Source of the DNA: an uncultured Candidatus Poseidoniales archaeon
GTDB taxonomy: Archaea > Thermoplasmatota > Poseidoniia > Poseidoniales > Poseidoniaceae
Length of the DNA: 46,803 nucleotides
Assembly: GCA_964431435.1 (NCBI GenBank)
Contig: CAYSJV010000003.1
Location: forward strand, 1-46,803
Reading direction: 5' to 3'
Below, in pieces: positions 35,749 through 44,710 of the stretch. The notes under the pieces are model-generated. The model was not told where the DNA came from, searched no databases, and saw only the letters and a list, made by a program, of their open reading frames with translations. The number at the start of each line of letters is the position of its first letter. Position 1 is the first letter of the stretch. The translations under genes were made by a program, and so were the position numbers.

Positions 35749-38700
35749 TCGTAATCGACAACTCTGACTGTTGTGTCACATTTTGGACACTTAAATTTGA
35801 AGGGTGGAACTCTACCTGAAGGTACCCTTAATTTTGCATCACAACTTGGGCAATTAACTGAACCATCTTCCAGTAACTGTGCTTCATTTGAAATATCAGG
35901 TATAACTAATTCAGGGAAAGAAGGTAATTCTGCTTCATCTAAGGGGGGTAAATCAACAGCAGTATCTGACTCAACATCTATCCTTTTACGATTCTTTCTA
36001 GATTTCACAATCCAAACAACAAGCAGTAAACTAAGAGCCCAACCTCCAATTAAAGCAAGTTGACTATTTTGATTGTTAACTTGGAACAAAAAGAAATCCA
36101 CCCCATGGATTGGAGCAGGTTTGCCATCTATCGTAACTTTAAAAGTTGAAGATGAATCTGTAGTTGATGCTGCACCCACGTTTGAATTTGCTTTGATATT
36201 CAAAGTTGCAATACCATGATTATCAGATCTTGGTATTAATTCTAGTGTATATTCTTGAACACCTCCCACTTCTAAAGAATAGTGATTTGGATGTGTTGAA
36301 TTATCGATTCTAATCCAATCATAATCCATGATTCCAAATTCGTCGCCGACCACGTATATGGTTCCTGAAACAGGTTGATTCAGTAGGTTTGTTACAGTAA
36401 CCGAAACTTTGCTTGTACCTGAATAACTCAGATTCACACTGCCATAATCCATTTCAATCAAAACCGCATCTTCACCTGCCGAAAATGTAGGTTCTACGAC
36501 ATAACTTGATGTTTTGCTAAATGAGGTCTCAATTTGACTTTGGGATCTAATTACAAAAGTCAGATTATAATTTCCAAATGCAGTATCTTCAGATACATCA
36601 CATGAGTATGGAATTCCTTGACTACTGCTTGATGCTGATAAGATTATTTCTGATTGCATTTCGCACGTTAGTTCACTCGCAGTCAGCAAGAATACATCCA
36701 CTGCATTCCCATCATTACTAAGGTATAATGTACCAGATATATTTCCTCCGGGCAAGGTAGAATTAACATTTGGATCAACAAGTAAAGATGCTGAAATAAC
36801 TTGAGATGCTGCTGTAAATTCATACGATGATGAAACATCTGGGTTTATGACACTCCTCGCAGTAATAGTTATGCTAGTATCCAAATTATTGGAAGACACT
36901 CTTCTAAGTGACACTGTTACGTCACCTTGTTCTCCAGCAGCCAAAGTCAGGATAGATGGATTCACAGATGATTCAAAACCATCTGCTCCCTGTAGAGTAA
37001 ATTGGAATGAGTCATACCTATTCCCCATGTTTGAAACAGAAATTACGATTTCTGCAGATTGTGAATTTCCAACTACCAACCAATCAATGCCACTTGTCAC
37101 TGCAACACTTGTCCGTTCCATTATTTGTAAATCGATAGAAAGATTTGTTTTCACACTAGAATCATTGCCACTAGTCGCAATAATCTCAATCGGATAAGTG
37201 TCTGCAATACAAGCAAGACTTGTTGATAACACCACAGAAAAATTTACTTCTTGCTGTACTGAAACGTTAGTCAATAATTGTGTCTCGTCATCCAATAATG
37301 CTGACACACAGGCAGGGATATTGTCAAATCCAATAGTAAATCCTTGATTCACAGTACCAAGGTTGACTAAACTCAAATTAAGTTGACCAAAATCTCCAGC
37401 ATCTATCTGAATCCTTTGATCATCAGGTCCGTTTAATCCCATCTCATATCTTTCGTTAACAACTAATATGAAAGTAGTATTTGCACCAGCACCTGCAGAA
37501 TTCTTACTGACCACATTCACAGTCACATTATGAGGTCCCACCAAATCAGTCATTGAAGCAACAGCAAAAGTGATTGAAAAACTATCTGCCGAGTTCCTGT
37601 CGATTGTCAACCATCCAGGTGGTGCGGATATGCTAACACCACTAGGGGCATCAACAAAGAATTGTAACTCATCAGATTCGCTTCCATTATTTCTAACGGT
37701 AAATAATACAGACACATCAGAACCTGGTGTCACATATATCTCCTCAGATGGTGCGACAATACTCAACTGCCATGAAACACCTACCACAATAGTAAACGAA
37801 GAAGTCAACTCTATTCCTGCATCTAGATTCAATGCTACCAATTCAAAAGTACAAGAATCATTGAGGTGAGCGCCTGGAAACGGTGTTGCTTCCATTAATA
37901 TTGTTTCATTACCTCCAACCTCTAACTCTGATCCAAATAATGTCAAAAGATTATGAGTGCATGGCCCTGAACTTGAGCCAACTGAATAACTGTACGTATC
38001 AGATATGGTGCCTATATTTGTGACACTTATATTGAGAATCCCTGTTTTACTTGGTAGCCAAACATAATCAGATGGAGTGACATCATCAAAAGCCAAAATA
38101 TGTTCTGCTGTAACATTCACCACTAGAATAGATGAAATTGAAAAATTACCATTAGTCGAGGCCACAAATAGGCGAACTCCTTGATAAGATGGTGTCTCAT
38201 TAGCAGGAACTGTGATTCTAAGCGTACGTATAACTGTAGAACTGCTCGTAATGTTGGAAATGACATCATTCACCCAATATATATTCCATCCAAGGGGGAT
38301 TGATTTGCCCATTGAAGGAGATGTACTATTGTTTCCACCACTAGAATTCCCCCCTCCAGATTGATTTGATGTCCAATTCAACCACCATTGTGAGAGGTTT
38401 GGTTCATCCTCAACATCCAGTAAGTACGTATCATCTACATTACCTAAATTCGTAATTGGTAAATCCACATCCACAGTTGTTCCTGGTGCAACATCAACCA
38501 ATCCCAAATTGCCTGCACCTGAAACATTAATGGAAGGTAAATGTAGTGGTGCTACTGATAAGAATAAGGTAATATTAGTACTAACATTACTGCCTACCCA
38601 AGATACAGTAATTGTCGCCTCACTATTATGGGAAAGAAGTCCCGAACTATCCAACCTTACTACAAGTGTAGTGTCTCTGGTAAAAGTAGGTAATACACTG

Positions 38701-39041
38701 TTCAAACGAGTATCTGATCTCGTGATATTCCAAGTACTTGCAACTCCAGCCATATTTACCTCTACATCAAAGTCATGAGTCATGGATGAATCATTATTGT
38801 GAACTGAAAGTGTAACGTTTGTAGATACTCCCGGTGATAAAATTAAATGCTGAGGTGTGAGAGTCAATCCGATTGAGTCAGACGCCGTTGCAGTCCCACT
38901 AATAAGAGGTAATGTGGAGGCAAATAACAAAATAGTAACCAAAGTGATACAACGCTTACGCTTGTTGCTGAATTTAGATTCCATATGTTGCAATGGCTCT
39001 TTCCACTCAGTCAAAATAGTTCGTTCCACGGCTCCCGCCAT
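35745..39041 (-). CDS. Giant sequon-rich surface protein with ~8 CARDB/NEW3-like beta-sandwich repeats, C-terminal TM anchor and cytoplasmic Zn-ribbon
   Basis: A signal peptide (KRKRCITLVTILLFASTLPLISGTATA) is followed by a repeated motif (V/I)xNxGxxxDx(F/Y): ITNLGNVDDTYLL, VTNIGTISDTYSY, VRNNGSESDELQF, VNLGTVNQGFTI, VSNMGNRYDSFQF, LSNDGNAVDVFLL and others. There are many NxS/T sequons. The TM helix is followed by KSRKNRKR and a tail with CPSC-x17-CPKC. The start may be Met20 (38984). Confidence 0.7.
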   Translation of the reverse strand: MAGAVERTILTEWKEPLQHMESKFSNKRKRCITLVTILLFASTLPLISGTATASDSIGLTLTPQHLILSPGVSTNVTLSVHNNDSSMTHDFDVEVNMAGVASTWNITRSDTRLNSVLPTFTRDTTLVVRLDSSGLLSHNSEATITVSWVGSNVSTNITLFLSVAPLHLPSINVSGAGNLGLVDVAPGTTVDVDLPITNLGNVDDTYLLDVEDEPNLSQWWLNWTSNQSGGGNSSGGNNSTSPSMGKSIPLGWNIYWVNDVISNITSSSTVIRTLRITVPANETPSYQGVRLFVASTNGNFSISSILVVNVTAEHILAFDDVTPSDYVWLPSKTGILNISVTNIGTISDTYSYSVGSSSGPCTHNLLTLFGSELEVGGNETILMEATPFPGAHLNDSCTFELVALNLDAGIELTSSFTIVVGVSWQLSIVAPSEEIYVTPGSDVSVLFTVRNNGSESDELQFFVDAPSGVSISAPPGWLTIDRNSADSFSITFAVASMTDLVGPHNVTVNVVSKNSAGAGANTTFILVVNERYEMGLNGPDDQRIQIDAGDFGQLNLSLVNLGTVNQGFTIGFDNIPACVSALLDDETQLLTNVSVQQEVNFSVVLSTSLACIADTYPIEIIATSGNDSSVKTNLSIDLQIMERTSVAVTSGIDWLVVGNSQSAEIVISVSNMGNRYDSFQFTLQGADGFESSVNPSILTLAAGEQGDVTVSLRRVSSNNLDTSITITARSVINPDVSSSYEFTAASQVISASLLVDPNVNSTLPGGNISGTLYLSNDGNAVDVFLLTASELTCEMQSEIILSASSSSQGIPYSCDVSEDTAFGNYNLTFVIRSQSQIETSFSKTSSYVVEPTFSAGEDAVLIEMDYGSVNLSYSGTSKVSVTVTNLLNQPVSGTIYVVGDEFGIMDYDWIRIDNSTHPNHYSLEVGGVQEYTLELIPRSDNHGIATLNIKANSNVGAASTTDSSSTFKVTIDGKPAPIHGVDFFLFQVNNQNSQLALIGGWALSLLLVVWIVKSRKNRKRIDVESDTAVDLPPLDEAELPSFPELVIPDISNEAQLLEDGSVNCPSCDAKLRVPSGRVPPFKFKCPKCDTTVRVVDYD

Positions 39042-39156
39042 ATTATGACCCTATGCTACGAGATTAATCAACTACACGGAACGTCATTCTAGATTCTTGT
39101 TTTACAAGAATGGGTCTCTCAGATACACCACATTGAAAGAGTAGAGACATCACCTA

Positions 39157-40578
39157 ATGTATATGGGACAAGATAAGGGTGCTTCATGGATACCGACTTC
39201 TTACAGAAGTCATACGCTTGGAGATCTTGAAATCAATGGAAGTTCATTGATAGGAGAAGAGGTTACAATTTGTGGGTTTGCTGAAACCATAAGGGGAAAG
39301 GGGGCAATTTGTTTTCTAATGCTTAGAGATGGTACTGGCTGCATCCAAATATTTATCAAAAAAGATAATGTTACCGAAGAAGAATTAGAATTAGCACAAA
39401 ACTCAAGCAGAGAATCTACATTTCAGATTAAGGGAAAGGTTGCACAAAAACGCCCTCCTAAAGTTGCAGAAGGAGAACCAGAACCACCAGCAGAATACGA
39501 AGTGGTTGCGGATAAAATAACACTTCTATCATTAGCTGAAACACCACTTCCATTAGGTGTTACTGATCAAGTAGAAGTAGGAATGGATGTCCGACTTGAT
39601 AATCGGTTTTTGGATTTACGTAGAAAACATGTAAATGCAATGTTCCGGTTAAGAAGCAAGGTTTTGCAATACGGAAGAGAGCACTTAATTACGGAAGGAT
39701 TTGGGGAAATGAACAGTCCAAAAATAATAGCTGCTGCTGCAGAGGGTGGGACAAATTTGTTCCCCATTAAATATTTTGAGAAAGAAGCATACCTTTCACA
39801 AAGCCCACAATTGTACAAGCAATTATCCGTATTAGGAAACCTAGAACGGGTGTTTGAAGTTGGTCCCGCATTTAGGGCAGAAAAACATGACACATACCGC
39901 CATTTGAACGAATTTATTTCATTTGATATTGAAATGGCATGGTCAAACGATGAAGATGTGATGGGTGTGCTTGAGCGAATGATCCACCACATCTGGAAAA
40001 AAATAAAACAAGATGACAATGAATTAATAGACATTGTAAATGAATATCGAAAATCTGAAGGAAAAGAACCTATCGAAATAGAGGTTCCAGTAATACCATT
40101 CCCTAGAGTAGATTACTGTGAAGCAGTCCAAATCATCAAAAACGGTGGCGGTGAAATCGAGTGGGGTGGCGACATTGAAGCGCATCATGCTGACCTCATC
40201 GCTGAAAAATATCCTGGTTTTTATTTCCTACCAAAATGGCCAATGTCAATGAAACCATTCTACATATACCATGACAAAAATGAAGTTTCAGAAACAGGAG
40301 GTCAACTTTCCAGGGGCTTTGATTTAAACTATGGTAGAGATGAAATGACAAGTGGTGGGCAACGTGAGCATCGTTCTGATGTATTAATTCAAAACCTAAT
40401 AAATATGGAATTAAATCCAACAGATTTCGGATTCTATATTGACGGATTTAGATACGGTGCACCGCCGCATGCAGGATGGGGATTGGGTATAGCAAGACTA
40501 TTGATGGTATTAACTGGTTCAGGAAATGTTAGAGAAACTGTTCTATTCCCAAGAGACCGAAAGAGATGTACACCCTGA
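39157..40578 (+). CDS. aspS: Aspartate--tRNA ligase, archaeal type
   Basis: An OB-fold N-terminus (VTICGFAETIRGKGAICFLMLRDGTG) is followed by the class II motifs FLDLRR, SPQLYKQ, FEVGPAFRAE and GAPPHAGWGLGIARL. Confidence 0.93.
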   Translation: MYMGQDKGASWIPTSYRSHTLGDLEINGSSLIGEEVTICGFAETIRGKGAICFLMLRDGTGCIQIFIKKDNVTEEELELAQNSSRESTFQIKGKVAQKRPPKVAEGEPEPPAEYEVVADKITLLSLAETPLPLGVTDQVEVGMDVRLDNRFLDLRRKHVNAMFRLRSKVLQYGREHLITEGFGEMNSPKIIAAAAEGGTNLFPIKYFEKEAYLSQSPQLYKQLSVLGNLERVFEVGPAFRAEKHDTYRHLNEFISFDIEMAWSNDEDVMGVLERMIHHIWKKIKQDDNELIDIVNEYRKSEGKEPIEIEVPVIPFPRVDYCEAVQIIKNGGGEIEWGGDIEAHHADLIAEKYPGFYFLPKWPMSMKPFYIYHDKNEVSETGGQLSRGFDLNYGRDEMTSGGQREHRSDVLIQNLINMELNPTDFGFYIDGFRYGAPPHAGWGLGIARLLMVLTGSGNVRETVLFPRDRKRCTP

Positions 40579-40615
40579 TAGAAGGGTTTGAAGACAAATA
40601 CATGAGTGGCATAGC

Positions 40616-41350
40616 ATGGCGAAACCCATATTTGCATTTTTGTTGCTAAAAGAGCATCCCTATGGAAGAGAAATGCTGAAACAAATATTGTCAAAAGGAT
40701 TTGTTCCCGCCATAATAATTGAAGAAAATTCTGACATTGCAGATGAAGAAAGAGAAAAATTTCTCAAACGAATTGCTGGAAATCCAGTGGCAGATACTAT
40801 CCAAGAACAAATTTCTGAATTAAAAGAAAAAGACATATCTGTAATACACAAAGATGTACCAATACACAATTCCGAAGAAGTGATGCCACTACTAACAGAT
40901 TTGGATCTTGATTTAATTGTATTTGGAGGGACGAGAATTATCAGAGGAGAAATTCTTGATTACCCTAAAGATGGTGTCATCAATTCCCACCCAGGCCTAC
41001 TTCCAGAATGTAGGGGGTCTGCAAGTCCCGCGTGGTCAGTATACCACGACATACCTATCGGATCATCTACACATTTTTGCGACAATGGAATTGATACGGG
41101 AGATTTACTGCTGCGTAGAAAATTAAATGTTAAGCGGGGAATGACCTATGAGGATTTATGTTTTGAAACACTAGTATTAGCTGGAGTATTGATGAAAGAA
41201 GCATTGATGGCATATGAAAATCAAATGTGGGATGAGATTCGACACCCGCAAGGAGAGAGTGATTTTCCAACATTTCGTAATGCCCCACCTGAGATTTTAG
41301 AAGTTGTATATGATAAATTAAAAAAGCAAACTTACCAACATTACTCGTGA
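40616..41350 (+). CDS. Stand-alone formyltransferase-domain protein (Fmt/PurN N-terminal domain family)
   Basis: DLDLIVFGGTRIIRGEIL...GVINSHPGLLPECRGSASPAW...IDTGDLL retains the Asn/His/Asp catalytic triad context of folate-dependent formyltransferases. There is no Fmt C-terminal tRNA-binding domain. Confidence 0.7.
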   Translation: MAKPIFAFLLLKEHPYGREMLKQILSKGFVPAIIIEENSDIADEEREKFLKRIAGNPVADTIQEQISELKEKDISVIHKDVPIHNSEEVMPLLTDLDLDLIVFGGTRIIRGEILDYPKDGVINSHPGLLPECRGSASPAWSVYHDIPIGSSTHFCDNGIDTGDLLLRRKLNVKRGMTYEDLCFETLVLAGVLMKEALMAYENQMWDEIRHPQGESDFPTFRNAPPEILEVVYDKLKKQTYQHYS

Positions 41351-41351
41351 A

Positions 41352-41400
41352 AAATTTCAATTGAATAATTGATTTTTCAATTGAAAAATTTAATTGAAAA
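41352..41400. promoter_or_regulatory. Repeated palindromic TTCAATTGAA boxes / AATTGA repeats in the intergenic region upstream of the SDR-LLM-asparaginase-ALDH operon
   Basis: The perfect 10-bp palindrome TTCAATTGAA occurs at 41356-41365 and 41376-41385, 20 bp apart. The AATTGA core occurs four times, starting at 41360, 41367, 41380 and 41392. Confidence 0.4.
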
Positions 41401-41432
41401 AGATAAAAGCGAATAAGTATTGGGTGTGTCTG

Positions 41433-42251
41433 ATGACAGTTCATGAATACAATGATACTGTACTAAGTGCAGATGCATTGAAGGAAATTCGTTGTTTAGT
41501 TTGCGGTGCAAGTAAAGGGATAGGACGGGCTACAGCAATATCCTTGGCTAAGGCTGGAGCATCCGTGATTGCAATTGCAAGGTCGGAAGAAAAATTAGAG
41601 TCACTTCTAGGACAATTAAACCTGATAAACAATGGTATCCATGCCACTTATGTCGTAGATTTGGAAAATTCTGAAAGCATTGACGTGGCACTAGAAGATA
41701 TTGAAAATAATCATGGCCACGTTCATGTTCTAATCAACAATTCAGGGGGGCCCCCATCGGGTGCATTGTTGGATGTTGAATCTGAAGAATTCATACAATA
41801 CCTAAGAAGGCATCTTTTAGCATCACATCACCTAGTGAAGAAGTTGGTTCCTGGCATGGAAGAAGACGGATATGGTAGAATCATCAATGTAATCTCTACA
41901 TCAGTCAGAGAGCCAATACCTAATATTGGGCTTTCAAACACTGTGCGAGGTGCAATGGCTTCGTGGGCAAAGTCACTTTCAATGGAATTACCAACCTGTA
42001 TAACAATCAACAACATATTGCCTGGATTTACCGACACTGGTCGATTAGATAATCTTGCCAAATCTATTTCTGAAAAGAAAGGAGTTACTCCCGAGGAAGT
42101 TAGAGAACAATGGATCTCACAAGTTCCCGCAGGCAGGTTAGCAAGACCAGAAGAAACCGCTGCTGCTATCTCATTTCTGGCAAGCCCAGCTGCAGGATAT
42201 ATTCGGGGAATTAGCCTTGCTGTTGACGGCGGTAGGATGAAATCGATTTAG
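41433..42251 (+). CDS. Short-chain dehydrogenase/reductase (FabG-like SDR), atypical active-site motif
   Basis: The Rossmann motif VCGASKGIGRATAISLAKAGASV and NNSGG are present. At the expected YxxxK position the sequence reads GLSNTVRGAMASWAKSLS (by-eye alignment), so the catalytic Tyr/Lys may be replaced. Confidence 0.8.
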   Translation: MTVHEYNDTVLSADALKEIRCLVCGASKGIGRATAISLAKAGASVIAIARSEEKLESLLGQLNLINNGIHATYVVDLENSESIDVALEDIENNHGHVHVLINNSGGPPSGALLDVESEEFIQYLRRHLLASHHLVKKLVPGMEEDGYGRIINVISTSVREPIPNIGLSNTVRGAMASWAKSLSMELPTCITINNILPGFTDTGRLDNLAKSISEKKGVTPEEVREQWISQVPAGRLARPEETAAAISFLASPAAGYIRGISLAVDGGRMKSI

Positions 42252-42319
42252 TGGATTACGATTTGTTTCATTCTCAAACATCATTATGTTGTCAGTGTTC
42301 GGCCCCTATGGGGCCGACT

Positions 42320-43552
42320 ATGGAGTTCGATGTATTTTTTTCAATTTGTCATACTCCGGATGCAGCTGGCAATACACCCAAAGAAGATGTAATGTTCACA
42401 AATTTCTTCACACAATTAGATGTTGCTGATACCCTAGGATTCAAGGTTGCCTGGGTAGCACAAGCCCACCTCTCGACTAAAATTCAAAAACAAAATTCAA
42501 AACCAGTAGTTCCACATTGGAATGGGGAAATAGGTTTGTGTACTGATTTTTTCCAATTGGCACACCACATGTTTGCAAGAACAAAAAACATAGAGGTAGG
42601 TAGTGCAGTAATGAGTATATTGTGTAATGGGGGGCCCATAGGAGTTGCAGAAAGAATTGGATCATTTTGTACATTACATGCATTGAAAGATGAAAAAAGA
42701 AAATTGCATGTAGGGTTTAGTGCTGGTCGATTTGAATTCATGGCTAGGCCTTATGGAATTGTACCACGTGATTCAGTAGAAGAAGTAAGTTGGAAGGTTT
42801 TGCGCGGACAAGTCTTTCGTGAAGCATCTGAAATATTTCTCAGATTGATCAACGGCGAGGTGATTTGTAGCGAAGACATAACTGAAACAGTATTAACTCG
42901 AGATCTGTTTAGAACTGAAGAAGAGTGGGTTAATACACAAAATGCGGCAATGGACAGAGATTCTTTGGACATGTTGCCAAATCGAATTGAAATTAGCAAT
43001 CGATATGAATTTGAAGAAATTAAAACAATCCCTCAAAATTGGAATCGTAACTTACTAAATTTAGTACTAGGTAGCCATGACCCTAAATTACAAACAGATG
43101 TCAATAGATGGCGACCTGTGCAAGTGTTTAATTTATCTATAACCCAACCAAAAATCATCGAAGAAACACATCAACGTATGAGAGAACATTATCACAAAGA
43201 CGGTGGAGAATGGCAAAGAAATATGATGCCTAGAACAGTAATGGTATTCATCAACGAAGAAGAGGGGTTGACTGATTCTGAGAAAAGTGAAGCCGCTATG
43301 CAGGAAGCAAAGTTAGCGCTTGGTAGTTACTGGGATGCACTGGAAGGCACTGTTGACCCAGATAAAGTTACTAATGCTGCAAATAATGCTGTAATTGGTA
43401 ATGCGGATGAAATTGCTCAGCAGTTGAAAGAACGATTTCATGAAGATGACAAAATCATGTGCTGGTTTGATTTCTTCAATCATGACTCGGAAAGAGTATG
43501 TAGAAATATGACCGCATTTATGGAAAAAGTTGTATCTCAAATGGAGAAATAA
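42320..43552 (+). CDS. Luciferase-like (LLM class) flavin-dependent oxidoreductase
   Basis: MEFDVFFSICH...FFTQLDVADTLGFKVAWVAQAHLS is the typical LLM N-terminal beta1/alpha1 pattern. The start is taken at ATG 42320. The listed GTG at 42251 would overlap the SDR stop by 1 nt. Confidence 0.7.
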   Translation: MEFDVFFSICHTPDAAGNTPKEDVMFTNFFTQLDVADTLGFKVAWVAQAHLSTKIQKQNSKPVVPHWNGEIGLCTDFFQLAHHMFARTKNIEVGSAVMSILCNGGPIGVAERIGSFCTLHALKDEKRKLHVGFSAGRFEFMARPYGIVPRDSVEEVSWKVLRGQVFREASEIFLRLINGEVICSEDITETVLTRDLFRTEEEWVNTQNAAMDRDSLDMLPNRIEISNRYEFEEIKTIPQNWNRNLLNLVLGSHDPKLQTDVNRWRPVQVFNLSITQPKIIEETHQRMREHYHKDGGEWQRNMMPRTVMVFINEEEGLTDSEKSEAAMQEAKLALGSYWDALEGTVDPDKVTNAANNAVIGNADEIAQQLKERFHEDDKIMCWFDFFNHDSERVCRNMTAFMEKVVSQMEK

Positions 43553-43554
43553 AT

Positions 43555-44709
43555 ATGTCAACCAACAACACACATTCTGGTGTTTCACCTGGCAAACCTG
43601 GCTCTTCAGTATACCCCTCATCTCCGTTAGGAATAAATGAGGAAGGAATTGCAACAGGAAGAGATGTCGAATGGGAGCCGCTAATCGATTATCGTAGAAA
43701 TGGAGTATCTGAAACCACCATACACGGAGCAATTGCTTGGGCACATGGTGACAAAGTAATACATTCATTTGGTGGAAATGTATTGTGCTATGGAAGAAGT
43801 ATGATGAAACCGCTATTGATGAAAGTTTTTGCAGATTGTTTAGATGGTGAATTAAGTTCGGAACAAAAGTCTATTGCTTGCTCCAGTCACAACGGAGATA
43901 CCGAACATGTTTCTGCGGCACAATCAATACTTGAAGAATCAGAATGGGGGTTGATGCAGACACCACTAGACGTTCCACTTGTACAATTTGGAAGACAGGT
44001 TAGACGACCAAGAAGATGGTATCACACCTGCTCAGGGGAACATGCTGCAATCCTGAGAGGAATGAGATTAATGGGGATAAATAGGGCAGGTTATACCCTA
44101 CCACAATCTGAATGGTTTCCAAAATACATTGATGTGTTAAGAGGTATTTTAGGAAAAGAATGGACCCCTAAAAGAATAAGTAAAGATGGTTGTGGGCTGC
44201 CAACAATAAGTAACACTGTCAATGAATTGGCAGTATTATTCAGTTCATTAGCAAGAACAAAAGATGAAGATTGGATATGGGAAGCCATGTGCAAAAATCC
44301 AGATTTGATTGGTGGATTCAACAGACTTGATTCAACAATCATCAAAGCAGGAAAGGGGGATGTACTCGCCAAAGAAGGTGCAGATGGACTATTAGGGCTG
44401 TCATTAATTCACAAAGATTATCCGGATGGGCTGGGAATCACTATTAAAATTGCACATGGATGGAATCCACAAGCAACATGGTATATTGCAAGATCGATCC
44501 TTGGTTCACTAGGAATTAATTTGAGAAATCCATACCCACTAGACAGACAAAAGGCATTCATTGTACCTGGAATTGTCCCTGAAGATAAATTGAATGAAAT
44601 CTCTGAAGTAGTAACATGGGATGAATGGGATCCAGATTCTGACAGATGGTATTACAACTGGAAAAAATATTCCAATATATTGCCAAGTGAAAATTACGAG
44701 GATAGATAG
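43555..44709 (+). CDS. Asparaginase-II family (Rhizobium AnsA-like) amidohydrolase
   Basis: The motif series ETTIHGAIAW, RSMMKPLLMK, ACSSHNGDTEHV, CSGEHAAIL, DGCGLPT, AKEGADGLLGL and GITIKIAHG parallels the Asparaginase_II family order. Confidence 0.8.
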   Translation: MSTNNTHSGVSPGKPGSSVYPSSPLGINEEGIATGRDVEWEPLIDYRRNGVSETTIHGAIAWAHGDKVIHSFGGNVLCYGRSMMKPLLMKVFADCLDGELSSEQKSIACSSHNGDTEHVSAAQSILEESEWGLMQTPLDVPLVQFGRQVRRPRRWYHTCSGEHAAILRGMRLMGINRAGYTLPQSEWFPKYIDVLRGILGKEWTPKRISKDGCGLPTISNTVNELAVLFSSLARTKDEDWIWEAMCKNPDLIGGFNRLDSTIIKAGKGDVLAKEGADGLLGLSLIHKDYPDGLGITIKIAHGWNPQATWYIARSILGSLGINLRNPYPLDRQKAFIVPGIVPEDKLNEISEVVTWDEWDPDSDRWYYNWKKYSNILPSENYEDR

Positions 44710-44710
44710 T

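Noticed and set aside
39093-39111. An inverted repeat ATTCTTG-TTTTA-CAAGAAT lies in the divergent intergenic region between the giant surface-protein gene and aspS.
   Set aside because: It is a 7-bp AT-rich stem, which is easily expected by chance in AT-rich DNA. There is no second copy or positional argument. It is noted only as a possible operator.
44621-44710. The ALDH ORF is listed from 44621, overlapping the asparaginase-like gene by 89 nt.
   Set aside because: The overlap region translates to non-ALDH-like sequence. The conserved ALDH N-terminus (MSIDLQNYIGGSF...) starts at ATG 44711, 1 nt after the upstream stop.
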